From an uncultured Nanoarchaeota archaeon (GTDB lineage: Archaea > Nanobdellota > Nanobdellia > Pacearchaeales > GW2011-AR1): a stretch of DNA of 64,000 nt. The translations under genes were made by a program, and so were the position numbers. The notes under the pieces are model-generated. The model saw only the letters and a program-made list of their open reading frames with translations. It searched no databases and was not told the origin of the DNA. Location: contig CAVZZS010000011.1 in assembly GCA_963779925.1 (NCBI GenBank), positions 34,974-98,973 of the forward strand, in the 5' to 3' direction. Positions 23,819-33,942 of this stretch are shown here, piece after piece (the stretch's first letter is position 1; each line of letters opens with the position of its first letter).

Positions 23819-25741
23819 ATGTGGAGCTTGTATAACAATTCAGAATTTCTAGAACCTTTGAAATTCACAAATGGGAAAACGCAAGAGGATGTAGTAAACG
23901 AAGTCCTTGATTTGATAAAACAAGGGACGAAAATCATCTTCATAAGGGGAATGTGCGGAACCGGAAAAAGCGCGATCGCCCTGAATATTGCAAAAGACAT
24001 TGGAAAGACTTCTGTCATCGTTCCGGGAAAAAACCTTCAGAATCAATATAAAAGAGACTATGAAAATGGAAAATATCTCCTGAAAGACAATAAAGAAAAA
24101 TTAAAGATAAGCGTTATAACTGGAAGGAATAATCATGAATGCTCTTTCATAAAAGACAAAGAATTTTCGATACCCGAAATAAAGAGAGAAATAAATTCTA
24201 AATTAAATGACATTTTTGAATTCAGCAGAGAAGAAATAGAGAACAGAAAAAGAAAAGATAAATCTGCAGACAATCTTGATATTCCCTGTAAGATAGAAAT
24301 TAAAGAGAAGAATTTTAACAAAATAATAGAGTATCTAAAGAAAAATAAAAATATCAATCTGAAAAATATAGAATTGATAAGCGATATAAAAAGGCCCCCT
24401 CTTGCAAGCGTCTGCCCTTATTCGTCTCCCGTCCTTCCCGAGATTTATGATTTGAAAAACTTAGATTGCAGAAATAAAAGAACATATATGGGATTGAATA
24501 ATACGAGGTTTGTAATATATCAAAGAAAACCAGGATGCAGCTTTTATGAACAATTTAATTCTTACATTGATTCAGATGTTATTGTCTTCAATTCTCTAAA
24601 GTATAAACTGGAATCTGCATTAAATAGAAAACCCTTAACGGAAGCAGAAATAGTGGACGAATGTGATGAATTTTTAGACAGCTTTACAAATCAGAGAAAT
24701 ATAAATATTGAAAGATTGCAGAACTCTCTGATAAAATATTCTGGAGTAAGCGAGGGTTCTATGGAAATCATAGAGGATATAAGCAAGATAATAAGTTACA
24801 TTAAAATAAACAGGCAGATAAATGAGTCCCTTGAAAGCGTCATTCCCCTTAAAAAAACAGGAATTTATGATTTGATAAGAATCTTCCTCGATTCTAAAGA
24901 GTTCACCGAAGATATCGATGAAGAAAGCTACCTGTTCGAAATTGAAGAAACTGCAAGAATGTTTGAAGACTTCCTCGACGAATCTTATGTTATTTTTTCA
25001 AGAAAAGAGGGAAATCTTATTGCAAGCATTGTCACCACAAATCTCTCGAAGAAATTTAAAGAAATGCTCGATAAAAATAAAATACTCATTTTATTATCCG
25101 GAACTTTGCATTCAGAGAGAATAATGAGAGAGATATTTGGGTTGGATAATTTCAAAATAATAGATGCAGAAACAGAACAACCTGGGAAGATAGACATTCT
25201 CAAAACCAGTTTAGAGTTTGATTGCAAATATGATAATTTTCAAAGCGGTAAGTTTTCAAGAAGAGAATATCTCAAAGCATTAGACAAATGCGTCGAAATT
25301 GCAAAAAAACCGGTATTGATACATGTGAGCGCATTTATGGATCTTCCCTCAGAAGTTGAAATAGAAGAATTAAATCTTAGAAATTTAACAAGCCGGGAAA
25401 ATCTAAAAGAGATTCAAGAAGAAGATAAAAATGGAATAATGATTGAGAAGTTCAAAGGCGGAGAGATTGATACACTCTTCACGACAAAATGCGCAAGAGG
25501 AGTAGATTTCCCAGGAGAGCAATGCAACAGCATCGTATTTACGAAATATCCTAATCCAAATCCTTCAGAACCTTTCTGGAAAATTCTCAAGCAGACAAAT
25601 CCAAACCAATATTGGGATTTTTACAAAGACAAGGCAAAAAGGGATTTGCTGCAGAAAGTTTACAGAGGCTTAAGATTCAAAGAAGACCATGTTTTTCTGC
25701 TAAGCCCAGATATAAGAGTTTTAAGGGAATTCGAAAAGTAA
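23819..25741 (+). CDS. XPD/Rad3/DinG-like superfamily 2 helicase
   Basis: Walker A GMCGTGKS, DExD-like IVDECDEF, Cys residues spaced as in an FeS-domain insert, and a C-terminal motif ARGVDFPGEQCNSIVFTKYPNPNP resembling XPD/DinG motif VI. Confidence 0.55.
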   Translation: MWSLYNNSEFLEPLKFTNGKTQEDVVNEVLDLIKQGTKIIFIRGMCGTGKSAIALNIAKDIGKTSVIVPGKNLQNQYKRDYENGKYLLKDNKEKLKISVITGRNNHECSFIKDKEFSIPEIKREINSKLNDIFEFSREEIENRKRKDKSADNLDIPCKIEIKEKNFNKIIEYLKKNKNINLKNIELISDIKRPPLASVCPYSSPVLPEIYDLKNLDCRNKRTYMGLNNTRFVIYQRKPGCSFYEQFNSYIDSDVIVFNSLKYKLESALNRKPLTEAEIVDECDEFLDSFTNQRNINIERLQNSLIKYSGVSEGSMEIIEDISKIISYIKINRQINESLESVIPLKKTGIYDLIRIFLDSKEFTEDIDEESYLFEIEETARMFEDFLDESYVIFSRKEGNLIASIVTTNLSKKFKEMLDKNKILILLSGTLHSERIMREIFGLDNFKIIDAETEQPGKIDILKTSLEFDCKYDNFQSGKFSRREYLKALDKCVEIAKKPVLIHVSAFMDLPSEVEIEELNLRNLTSRENLKEIQEEDKNGIMIEKFKGGEIDTLFTTKCARGVDFPGEQCNSIVFTKYPNPNPSEPFWKILKQTNPNQYWDFYKDKAKRDLLQKVYRGLRFKEDHVFLLSPDIRVLREFEK

Positions 25742-25789
25742 ATACAAACAAAATATTTATTAATAATAAATATCATATATTAGGAAGAG

Positions 25790-26389
25790 ATGAAAGACAC
25801 AAAATTAGACCTCCTTACAGATGCTAATAGTATGCTCTTATTAGTAGATTATCAACCCGCAATGTTTAGAGGAGTAGGCTCTGGAGATAGGACAATCATC
25901 AAAGAGGTGGCAGTTGGGGCTGCAAAGGCAGCAAGTATTCTGAAAATTCCCGTATTTTTATCATCTATAAATCCAAAATTAAATGGCGATGTAATTCCTG
26001 AAATTACAAAAATATTTTCTAATCCCAAGATATTTGCGAGAAAGGTTCCCAGCTTTGATGCTTTTGAAGATGAACCGTTACTAAAAGAGATTAAAAAAAC
26101 AGGGAAAAAGAAAATAATTATTTCAGGCTTATGGACTAGCATGTGTTTTGCATTTACAGCACTTCATGCGCTCAAGGAAGGTTATGACGTATATGGATTG
26201 ATTGATGCTGCAGGAGATTCTGTTCCAGAGGCACATAACTATGGAGTAAAGCGAATGCTTCAAGCAGGAGTAATTCCAGTCACATTAGTGCAATTAGTTT
26301 CTGAATGGATGCACGATTGGACAAATCCAAAAGCAGGAGACTTGATTAAAGAAGTCTATTCAAGATATGACGCAATGCTTGGAATGTAA
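25790..26389 (+). CDS. isochorismatase-family cysteine hydrolase
   Basis: DYQPAMF at the N-terminus and IISGLWTSMCFAFTALHALKEGYDV, the catalytic Cys region. Confidence 0.7.
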   Translation: MKDTKLDLLTDANSMLLLVDYQPAMFRGVGSGDRTIIKEVAVGAAKAASILKIPVFLSSINPKLNGDVIPEITKIFSNPKIFARKVPSFDAFEDEPLLKEIKKTGKKKIIISGLWTSMCFAFTALHALKEGYDVYGLIDAAGDSVPEAHNYGVKRMLQAGVIPVTLVQLVSEWMHDWTNPKAGDLIKEVYSRYDAMLGM

Positions 26390-26417
26390 ATTATTTCTAT
26401 AACCCGGTAAAAATAAA

Positions 26418-26497
26418 CGCCCCCGCCAGGAATCGAACCTGGAGGCTCAAAGAGCCCGGTTCTCAAGACCGGTGCAATACCATTATGCGACGGAGGC
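26418..26497 (-). tRNA. tRNA-Ser (anticodon UGA)
   Basis: The reverse complement has acceptor GCCUCCG/CGGGGGC, anticodon stem CCGGU/ACCGG with loop CUUGAGA, a long variable arm GCUCUUUGAGC and T-arm CCAGG-UUCGAUU-CCUGG. Length is 80 nt, with no encoded CCA. Confidence 0.75.
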
Positions 26498-26539
26498 ACA
26501 TTTTTTAGAATAGAAATGCATTAAAAAAGCTTTGGAAAA

Positions 26540-26818
26540 TTATTTTGCTCCGAAAAGTCTCTTCCAAAAAGATTTCTTTATCTTTACCTGCCTATTATTT
26601 TCATCGTATATCTTATAGGTTATTTTTGGCTTTTCTTTTTCAAGCTTTGCTTTTTCTTCATCAGACAATTCTTTTATTGCCTGCTTCATTGCCCTGTCAA
26701 TTACAGTATCCGAATATCCCTGACCAAGCAAAGCCCACCTCAAAGATTCTTCTTTATAACCCTTTGAAAGTGTTCTTTTAAGATGTTCTACAAATTCTTT
26801 TCTATAACCTTCTGCCAT
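26540..26818 (-). CDS. hypothetical small basic protein
   Basis: A 92-aa ORF with coding-like composition. No family recognised. Confidence 0.3.
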   Translation of the reverse strand: MAEGYRKEFVEHLKRTLSKGYKEESLRWALLGQGYSDTVIDRAMKQAIKELSDEEKAKLEKEKPKITYKIYDENNRQVKIKKSFWKRLFGAK

Positions 26819-26879
26819 TAAAAAATGAGATATTAGCAGTTTAAAAATTTAAGTAAAATTTATCCTATATTATATATTA

Positions 26880-27911
26880 TTATTCTTGTTTTGCTAATAA
26901 TCCAGAGAATCTTTTGTTCTTATAAACTTCAAGGAATATCATCAAATAAGCAATTATCAGAGGACCAAGAACCAATCCAATGATTCCGAAAAAGACAAGT
27001 CCACCGATAGTTCCAAGCAATGCGAGCAGCGAATTCATCATAGCTCTCTTCGAAATTACTATTGGTCTTAATACATTATCAACAACAATTGAGGCTATAC
27101 CAAAGATTACTACACCAAGGCTTGCGACATTATTTCCAGTTGCAAGAAGGTAAATAGCCATTGGTATCCAAACTATTGAGGGACCAACAATTGGCAAAAC
27201 TCCGGCGAATATTGCAAGGATCATGAACAGCAATGCACTAGGAGCTCCGAATAAGAAGAATCCTAAACCTGCAACCAATCCTTGAACAAAACCAATTATA
27301 ATTTGACCATAAAGAACAGAGACAGTAACATCTTTAGTCGCCTTCAAAAGTCTCTCCTGAACTTCTTTTGAAAATGGAAGAATTGTTTTAAGATATTCAA
27401 TAAACTCATTCTTATCCCTCATTACAAAGAAGAAGGTAAATAAAACAACGGTCAATTGTAGCAATGTTGTTGGAAGGTTAATCAAGAAATTTGAAATGGA
27501 ATTAACCATTCCTGTAGTCAAGTTTGTTATGAATGAATGAAGTACAGAGTCAATTTGTGCAGATAAAGCTTCAGAGCTTGTTAAGGAAGGGAATAATTTT
27601 TCTAGTATGGTAATAAAATTAATTTGTGAAGCAAATGTAAATACTTTTATCACTTGACCGACTAAAAATGGAATAAGAAATATTAAAGGCACAATTATAA
27701 CAATCATTAAAATAACAGTAACTATTATTGTAGACCAATTTTTTGACTTAAGTCTTCTCTGTATCAGATTGTATAATGGAGCAAAGATGAATACCAAAAC
27801 AAACCCAAAGATGATGGAAATTAATATAGGTTTTAACAAAAGAAATGCAAGAATCGATAATACAATCAAAACAGCAGCAACAGCGATTTCATTAAGATAA
27901 CTTTTTTCCAT
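26880..27911 (-). CDS. AI-2E family transporter (UPF0118/PerM-like permease)
   Basis: About 8 TM helices in 343 aa, with a C-terminal region VLRPIVISKRAMMNSLLALLGTIGGLVFFGIIGLVLGPLI typical of the family. Confidence 0.65.
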   Translation of the reverse strand: MEKSYLNEIAVAAVLIVLSILAFLLLKPILISIIFGFVLVFIFAPLYNLIQRRLKSKNWSTIIVTVILMIVIIVPLIFLIPFLVGQVIKVFTFASQINFITILEKLFPSLTSSEALSAQIDSVLHSFITNLTTGMVNSISNFLINLPTTLLQLTVVLFTFFFVMRDKNEFIEYLKTILPFSKEVQERLLKATKDVTVSVLYGQIIIGFVQGLVAGLGFFLFGAPSALLFMILAIFAGVLPIVGPSIVWIPMAIYLLATGNNVASLGVVIFGIASIVVDNVLRPIVISKRAMMNSLLALLGTIGGLVFFGIIGLVLGPLIIAYLMIFLEVYKNKRFSGLLAKQE

Positions 27912-27993
27912 CTTTTATTATTCTTATAAAGAAGTCGCAAATTTATAAAGGTTTTTAGATAAAATTTAAAAGAAGAGTTTTACAATAAGTCAT

Positions 27994-28701
27994 ATGAATT
28001 TTATAGAAAAGATTTTCTTGAACAAATCAGATCATTTAGTTCATTTACAATTTCAAAAATTTAGCAGGGGAACATTCAGCAATAAAGCTTTAATCAGCGC
28101 AAAAAAAACAGGAGACAAATATACTATCTTTACAGATGCTGAATTCGCGAATGAACTAGTGAGAGAAACAGCGGCAAAATTAGGAAACAAAAAAACAAGG
28201 GTGACTGGATCCATCATTTCAACAAGCGATTTGACAGGAAAGTTAGACTTCAACGGCAAAAAGCAATTCCAGGGTGTCAAGAATTATTCAATTGATAAAG
28301 AGATGGACGGAAATGAGATACTAAAACTGCTTAATGAATTTCCAAGGGCATTTTTTGCATTAAGCTTTAAAACGGATGATACTGAACTGAAGATAAAACC
28401 AAAAGCTCCTAAATCTGGAAAGCCGAAAGGCAAAGGTGATGTAAAACCTAAAGTAGATTTCTGTAAGGTTATTACTACTGATTCAAATCTCGGAAAAGGG
28501 TTTGTATTTGAAAAACATGACTTCAAAAAAGCAGATATAAACCATACGTATATTATAGAAAGCATAGAAGTTCCTGAATCATTGAAAAAATCAGAGGATT
28601 TTCTATTGGTAAGAGAAGAATCGAAAAGGAAGGGCAAGATTATAAGAGAAGCTGAAATTGATGGTGAGAAGATGAAAAAAGAGATTAATTTTGAAGCGTA
28701 A
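27994..28701 (+). CDS. hypothetical protein
   Basis: A 235-aa soluble Lys-rich ORF immediately upstream of the L3 operon. No family recognised. Confidence 0.3.
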   Translation: MNFIEKIFLNKSDHLVHLQFQKFSRGTFSNKALISAKKTGDKYTIFTDAEFANELVRETAAKLGNKKTRVTGSIISTSDLTGKLDFNGKKQFQGVKNYSIDKEMDGNEILKLLNEFPRAFFALSFKTDDTELKIKPKAPKSGKPKGKGDVKPKVDFCKVITTDSNLGKGFVFEKHDFKKADINHTYIIESIEVPESLKKSEDFLLVREESKRKGKIIREAEIDGEKMKKEINFEA

Positions 28702-28787
28702 ATCAATCAAAAACCTTTAAAAACCTCCTTTTCTCTTAAAATATATTCCAGGGTAGAATAAAATGTTCTCTGCTACAATAATGAGAA

Positions 28788-29738
28788 ATGACACCAAGAA
28801 CGCCAAGAAGCGGAAGTCTGCAATTTTGGCCCAGAAAGCGAGCCAATAAATTTTTACCTAGTGTAAACTGGAGTAGCTTAAAAAAAGATTCTACTAAAGG
28901 ATTGAAAGGATTCATCTGTTACAAAGCAGGCATGGCTTCTGGATTTGTTCTTGATAATACCTCCGATTCAATGACTAAAGGAAAGAAAGTAATAATTCCT
29001 TTAACAATTCTTGAATGCCCAAAAAATAAGATCTTCTCGGTCAGATTCTATAAAAATGGAAAGGTCGCAAAAGAAGTCCTTGCAAAGAACCTTGACAAGG
29101 AATTGAAGAGAGTAGTAAAAATCCCAAAAAAAGAGTTAAGCCATGAACATCTAGAACATGCTAATGAATATGACAATTTGAGAGTCATCATTTACTCTGT
29201 CGTGAAAGGAACAGGAATAAAAAAAACGCCAGATTTAAGCGAAGTTGATCTTGTAGGAAATCTCGAAGAAAAGTTAAATTTCATAAAAGCACATTTGAAC
29301 AAAGAGATATCCGCTCTCGATATTTTTGAAAAAGGAAAATTAATAGACTTAAGGGGATTAACAACCGGAAAGGGATTGCAGGGACCTGTTAAAAGATTTG
29401 GAATAACCTTAAAATCACACAAATCTGAAAAAGGACAAAGAAGACCAGGAAGCCTTGGTCCATGGCATCCAGCAAGAGTTACTTTCAGAGCACCAATGGC
29501 CGGACAACTTGGAATGTTCACAAGAGTCATTTACAATAATAAAATAGTAGATTTAGGCAGTTCTGAAAAAAATCCAAATTTCAAAAATATAAAAAATTTC
29601 GGAGATATAAAAACGGACTATATTCTCGTAAGAGGCTCGGTTCAGGGACCTTCAAAGAGACAATTGCTAATTACTCCTTCTTTCAGAGAAACTAAAAAAC
29701 AAGCTAAAAAAGATTTCCAGCTTATTGAATTAAGATAA
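28788..29738 (+). CDS. rpl3: 50S ribosomal protein L3 (uL3)
   Basis: GSLQFWPRKRA and GKGLQGPVKRFG motifs. Confidence 0.9.
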   Translation: MTPRTPRSGSLQFWPRKRANKFLPSVNWSSLKKDSTKGLKGFICYKAGMASGFVLDNTSDSMTKGKKVIIPLTILECPKNKIFSVRFYKNGKVAKEVLAKNLDKELKRVVKIPKKELSHEHLEHANEYDNLRVIIYSVVKGTGIKKTPDLSEVDLVGNLEEKLNFIKAHLNKEISALDIFEKGKLIDLRGLTTGKGLQGPVKRFGITLKSHKSEKGQRRPGSLGPWHPARVTFRAPMAGQLGMFTRVIYNNKIVDLGSSEKNPNFKNIKNFGDIKTDYILVRGSVQGPSKRQLLITPSFRETKKQAKKDFQLIELR

Positions 29739-29739
29739 A

Positions 29740-30537
29740 ATGAAAACTCATCTTTTAGACAATCAGGGAAAAAGCATAAAAGAAATTGAATTACCTAGCT
29801 TCTTCTCTGCGAAAATAAGAGAAGATTTGGTTTCTAAGATTCTTGAAGCCAAAAAGAAGAAACAGCCTTACTCTCCTTCCCCGGTTGCAGGAAAACAGCA
29901 TGCTGCACGTGGAAAAGTCAATCACAGAAGACATGTATGGAGAAGCGGCTATGGAAGGGGCGGTTCCAGAATCCCAAGAAAAATCATGTCACGAAGAGGT
30001 ACGCAGTTTAACTGGGTAGGAGCCGAAGTTTCCGGTACTAGAGGCGGAATGAGAGCCCACCCTCCACATATATTGTCCATGATGGAACTTCCAAAGATAA
30101 ACAAAAAAGAAATGAAAATCGCATTTATGTCCGCTCTAAGTTCAACGGCTAATATTGAAGAATTAAAAAAGAAATACAGCACTCTCAGCGACGAGAAGAT
30201 TGAACATCATTTACCGATAGTTGTATCTGAATTAAATTTCAATAAAACAAAAGAATTAATTTCAAGCCTCAAAAAGATTCTCGGAAAACAACTTTTCGAA
30301 GTCAGCTTGCAGAAAAAAAGTGTCAGAAGCGGAAAAGGAAAATTGAGGGGAAGAAAATACAAGAAAAGTGCAGGGTTACTTATTGTTATAGGCAATGAAG
30401 AAAAATTGAGTCTTACTGGTTTTGATATAAGAAAAGCAAACAGCGTTGATGTTATTGATTTAGCAAATGGCGGATTAGGAAGATTAACATTGTATACTGA
30501 AAAAGCAATTAAAGATCTTGAAATGAGAATAAAATGA
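29740..30537 (+). CDS. rpl4: 50S ribosomal protein L4 (uL4)
   Basis: Order and sequence pattern (PSPVAGKQHAARGK, RRGTQFNWVGAEVSGTRGGMRAHPP). Confidence 0.85.
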   Translation: MKTHLLDNQGKSIKEIELPSFFSAKIREDLVSKILEAKKKKQPYSPSPVAGKQHAARGKVNHRRHVWRSGYGRGGSRIPRKIMSRRGTQFNWVGAEVSGTRGGMRAHPPHILSMMELPKINKKEMKIAFMSALSSTANIEELKKKYSTLSDEKIEHHLPIVVSELNFNKTKELISSLKKILGKQLFEVSLQKKSVRSGKGKLRGRKYKKSAGLLIVIGNEEKLSLTGFDIRKANSVDVIDLANGGLGRLTLYTEKAIKDLEMRIK

Positions 30538-30809
30538 AAAATAAAATTGAAAATAAAGCAGATGTATTGCAACTTAAACCTCTAGTTACAGAAAAGGCAG
30601 TAATGTTAATAGAATCACAAAATGTTTTGACCTTCAAACTGGGACTAGGCGCAACAAGAGATCAAATCAAAAAAGAAGTTGAAAGCCTCTTTGATGTTAA
30701 AGTCGAAAAAATAAGAGTGATGAATAGAAATAGCAAAAAATATGCTTATGTTAAATTAAATGCCAAACATCCTGCAATAGACATTGCAACGAAGCTAGGA
30801 CTAATCTAA
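30534..30809 (+). CDS. rpl23: 50S ribosomal protein L23 (uL23)
   Basis: TEKAVMLIESQNVLTFKL... Confidence 0.85.
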   Translation: MKNKIENKADVLQLKPLVTEKAVMLIESQNVLTFKLGLGATRDQIKKEVESLFDVKVEKIRVMNRNSKKYAYVKLNAKHPAIDIATKLGLI

Positions 30810-31513
30810 TGGGTAAAAGAATAATTTCACAGGCAAGAGGGCATGGAAGCCTTTCATATAGAGTAAAAAGACAATCTTTCAAATATAGAATGCAGTATCC
30901 AAATCAAATTAACGGCGAAGGAATTGTTTTGAAATTACTTAATTCTCTTGCACATTCTGCACCTTTAGCAAAAATAAAATATGACAAAGGGACATTTTAT
31001 ATGCCTGCATTTAAAGGAATGATTGAAGGACAGAAAATTAATTTCGGTAAGTCGGAAAAGAACAAATCGGGGGATATATTGAGAATAAAAGATATTCCTG
31101 TTAAAACACAGATATACTGCATTGAAGCCCGCCCTGGTGATGGAGGGATTTTCATTAAGACTGCAGGAAATTATGGGACTGTAAGCAGAATTATAGGCGA
31201 GAAGATTTTTGTGCTAATGCCATCAAAGAAAGAAAGACAATTTGACCCGAATTGCAGAGCAGTATTAGGAGTAATTGCAGGAGCGGGAAGATTAGACAAG
31301 CCGATAATCAAAGCGGGAAAACAACATTTTATTAAGAAGTCAAAAGGCGGAAGAATATGGCCAAGAACCTCGGCTATCAAAGTCAATGCAATAGACCACT
31401 ATTTCGGTTCAGGAAGAGGTAAGAATCCAAAGAGCAAGATTGCGAAGAGAAATGCTCCTCCTGGAAGAAGAGTGGGACATTTAAGACCAAAGAGAACAGG
31501 TAGGAAGAAATAA
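30809..31513 (+). CDS. rpl2: 50S ribosomal protein L2 (uL2)
   Basis: GRNAPPGRRVGHLRPKRTG at the C-terminus. Confidence 0.9.
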   Translation: MGKRIISQARGHGSLSYRVKRQSFKYRMQYPNQINGEGIVLKLLNSLAHSAPLAKIKYDKGTFYMPAFKGMIEGQKINFGKSEKNKSGDILRIKDIPVKTQIYCIEARPGDGGIFIKTAGNYGTVSRIIGEKIFVLMPSKKERQFDPNCRAVLGVIAGAGRLDKPIIKAGKQHFIKKSKGGRIWPRTSAIKVNAIDHYFGSGRGKNPKSKIAKRNAPPGRRVGHLRPKRTGRKK

Positions 31514-31515
31514 CA

Positions 31516-31926
31516 ATGGAAAATGATAAGATCGAAGTAAAGAAAAAGGAATTCATGTATAGAGGAAAATCTCTTGATGAATTGAAAACCTTAGAAGTCA
31601 GAGAATTTGCCCAATATCTCAAGTCAAGACAGAGAAGAGCCGCATTGCGACAGTTCAATGAAATAGAAAAGTTCATCGCAAGATCACAAAAGAAAATTTC
31701 AAAGAACAAGCAAGTTAAGACTCACAGCAGAGATTTAGTCATTGTTCCAAAAATGGTTGGTATGAGAATCAGTATTCATACTGGACGAATTTTCGAACCA
31801 ATTGAAATAACGGGAAATATGCTTGGGCACAGACTTGGAGAATTCGCATTGACAAGAGCAAAGGTCAAACATGGAAGCGCGGGTGTCGGAGCAACTAAGG
31901 GAAGTAAATCAAAATCTAAGAAATAA
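31516..31926 (+). CDS. rps19: 30S ribosomal protein S19 (uS19)
   Basis: VPKMVGMRISIHTGRIFEPIEIT. Confidence 0.9.
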   Translation: MENDKIEVKKKEFMYRGKSLDELKTLEVREFAQYLKSRQRRAALRQFNEIEKFIARSQKKISKNKQVKTHSRDLVIVPKMVGMRISIHTGRIFEPIEITGNMLGHRLGEFALTRAKVKHGSAGVGATKGSKSKSKK

Positions 31927-31928
31927 AA

Positions 31929-32447
31929 ATGACAGAAATACAAGAAGCTAAAATGGAAGAGAAGAAAGAAGAAAAGATAATTGAAACTGCAAAAGAAAAA
32001 GCAGAAGAGAAAAAGGAATCTAAGAAAGAAGCCAAGAAACCGAAGACAGAGGCGTTCGTAAATTCCTTCAATGCACATCTTTCCACAAAAACAAGCGCTT
32101 ATGTATGCAAATTCATAAAAAATAAAAGCATTGAATCGGCCATTAGCGATTTAGAAATGGTCATTGCGAAGAAAAAAGTTGTTCCAATGAAAGGAGAAAT
32201 ACCACATAGAAAAGGAAAAGGAATAATGGCAGGAAGATATCCAAGAAATGCAGCAGAACATTTTATCCAATTATTGAAGACACTTAAAGGCAATTCAAAT
32301 GTAAACGGTATTGAAGAACCGATTATTGTTGAAGCGGTTGCAAACCTTGGAGAGAGACCATTTGGGAAATATGGCGCTGTAAGAAGAAAAAGGACACATA
32401 TAAGAATAGTCGCTAAAAATAAAGTAACTAAGGAGAAAAAGAAATAA
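31929..32447 (+). CDS. rpl22: 50S ribosomal protein L22 (uL22)
   Basis: A Lys/Glu-rich N-terminal extension, then an L22 core (KFIKNKSIESAISDLEMVIAKKKVVPM...RRKRTHIRIV). Confidence 0.85.
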   Translation: MTEIQEAKMEEKKEEKIIETAKEKAEEKKESKKEAKKPKTEAFVNSFNAHLSTKTSAYVCKFIKNKSIESAISDLEMVIAKKKVVPMKGEIPHRKGKGIMAGRYPRNAAEHFIQLLKTLKGNSNVNGIEEPIIVEAVANLGERPFGKYGAVRRKRTHIRIVAKNKVTKEKKK

Positions 32448-32448
32448 A

Positions 32449-33117
32449 ATGGAAGAAAAAAATGTTGTAAAGTTCAAGAAAGATGAATTCGCAATCAAAG
32501 AATTTGTGAAAAATTCAGTCGGAAGAGGAAAAGTCAGCAGAGTACAAATAGAATATACTCCTGTTGGTGAAAAGATAATTATCTCCACGCACAAAACCGG
32601 CTTAGTAATCGGAAGAGGCGGGGAAAGAATTGATGAATTGACAAGAATCCTTAAAACAAAATTCAAATTAGAGAACCCTCATCTTGAGATAGAAGAAATC
32701 AGACATCCAGAATTTGATGCGCAAATTACTGCAGATGAAATTGCATTGGGATTAGAAAGATTCGGTCCCCTTAGATTCAAGGTAATTGCATACAGAACCT
32801 TGCAAAAGATCATTGAAGCTAAAGCTCTCGGCGCTGAAATCAGATTAAGCGGAAAGCTTCCGGGTGCAAGAGCAAAGTCCTGGAGATTTGCACAAGGATA
32901 TCTTAAGAAAACAGGAGAAAGCGCAAATGTTGTGGACCGGGCCCAATCAAGAGCAGAAACAAGGCCGGGAACTGTCGGAGTAAAAGTCGGAATCCTGCCT
33001 CCAGATGCTATCCTAAAAGATAAAATCATAATCAATGACGAATTAATTGAAAAATTAAAGGCAAATGCTCAATTCAAAGAAGAATCCCCAATTAAAGTAA
33101 AGAAACATAAAAAATGA
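32449..33117 (+). CDS. rps3: 30S ribosomal protein S3 (uS3)
   Basis: KH domain (IIISTHKTGLVIGRGGERIDELTRIL). Confidence 0.9.
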   Translation: MEEKNVVKFKKDEFAIKEFVKNSVGRGKVSRVQIEYTPVGEKIIISTHKTGLVIGRGGERIDELTRILKTKFKLENPHLEIEEIRHPEFDAQITADEIALGLERFGPLRFKVIAYRTLQKIIEAKALGAEIRLSGKLPGARAKSWRFAQGYLKKTGESANVVDRAQSRAETRPGTVGVKVGILPPDAILKDKIIINDELIEKLKANAQFKEESPIKVKKHKK

Positions 33118-33281
33118 AATCAAAAGAATTTAAAGAAATGAACAAGGAAGAAAGGGAAAGCAAACTCAAGGAATTAAAATTAGAATTAGTAAAGTCAAAA
33201 GTCAATGCTTCCAAGGGCGGAAGTTCAAAAATAAAAAACATTAAAAAAACAATAGCCCAGATACTCACACTCAACAAATAA
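33114..33281 (+). CDS. rpl29: 50S ribosomal protein L29 (uL29), 55 aa, not in supplied ORF list
   Basis: MKSKEFKEMNKEERESKLKELKLELVKSKVNASKGGSSKIKNIKKTIAQILTLNK. The ATG overlaps the S3 stop (ATGA). Confidence 0.75.
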   Translation: MKSKEFKEMNKEERESKLKELKLELVKSKVNASKGGSSKIKNIKKTIAQILTLNK

Positions 33282-33282
33282 A

Positions 33283-33570
33283 ATGAATATATGTCCAAAA
33301 TGCGGATTGCCTTTAGAGGCATGCGTTTGTGAACAGATTGTTAAAGCCGGTCAGAAGATACGAGTGACCTTAGACAAGAAGAAGTACGGAAAGACCGTTA
33401 CGATTGTCTCGGGCTTCGACAAAGGCGTGGACGTCAGAAAGGTCGCAAAAGACCTGAAAAACGAACTGGCCTGTGGCGGAACCTACGAGGGAAATTCCGT
33501 GGAACTTCAGGGAGATCACTTGAGGAAGATAAAACCAGTCTTGGAGAAGATGGGCTTTAACATAGAATAA
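33283..33570 (+). CDS. translation initiation factor SUI1 (aIF1) with N-terminal zinc ribbon
   Basis: CPKCGLPLEACVCE at the N-terminus, then the SUI1 fold (IRVTLDKKKYGKTVTIVSGF...). Confidence 0.8.
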   Translation: MNICPKCGLPLEACVCEQIVKAGQKIRVTLDKKKYGKTVTIVSGFDKGVDVRKVAKDLKNELACGGTYEGNSVELQGDHLRKIKPVLEKMGFNIE

Positions 33571-33585
33571 ACAAACAAAAACGAA

Positions 33586-33942
33586 ATGAAAACGAAAATG
33601 GAAGAAATGAAAAAAAAGAAAACTCCGGAAATAGTGAGAACTACCTGCCATGATATTGATTGTCCTTTCCATGGGAGATTAAGCGTCAGGGGAAGAGCAT
33701 TTGAAGGAGTTGTAATAAGCAAAGCTCACAAAAGAATTGCAATCGAATTCGAAAGAACAATCTACGTAAGAAAATATGAAAGATATGCTAAACTCAAGAC
33801 AAAAATTCATGCTCGACTTCCCTTATGCCTTGATAAAGAAGTCAATATTGGGGATTACATAAGAATAGAAGAATGCAGACCATTGAGCAAGATCATCCAT
33901 TTTGTAGTTACAAACAAAATTCGTTCAGGAGAAGGAAAATGA
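33586..33942 (+). CDS. rps17: 30S ribosomal protein S17 (uS17)
   Basis: CHDIDCPFHGRLSVRGRAFEGVVIS. Confidence 0.85.
   Translation: MKTKMEEMKKKKTPEIVRTTCHDIDCPFHGRLSVRGRAFEGVVISKAHKRIAIEFERTIYVRKYERYAKLKTKIHARLPLCLDKEVNIGDYIRIEECRPLSKIIHFVVTNKIRSGEGK

Noticed and set aside
23724-26497. tRNA-Thr ... tRNA-Ser flanked segment (helicase + isochorismatase) as a possible integrated element
   Set aside because: No integrase, no direct repeat of a tRNA 3' end and no GC shift. The tRNAs are on opposite strands. It is more likely ordinary chromosomal context.
31776-32078. 100-aa minus-strand ORF (and similar 28053-28706, 29192-29530, 34326-34769, 38358-38849 ORFs) antisense to ribosomal protein genes
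   Set aside because: These are shadow ORFs produced by AAG/GAA-rich coding sequence on the other strand. They have Phe/Leu/Ser-rich nonsense composition and no start context.
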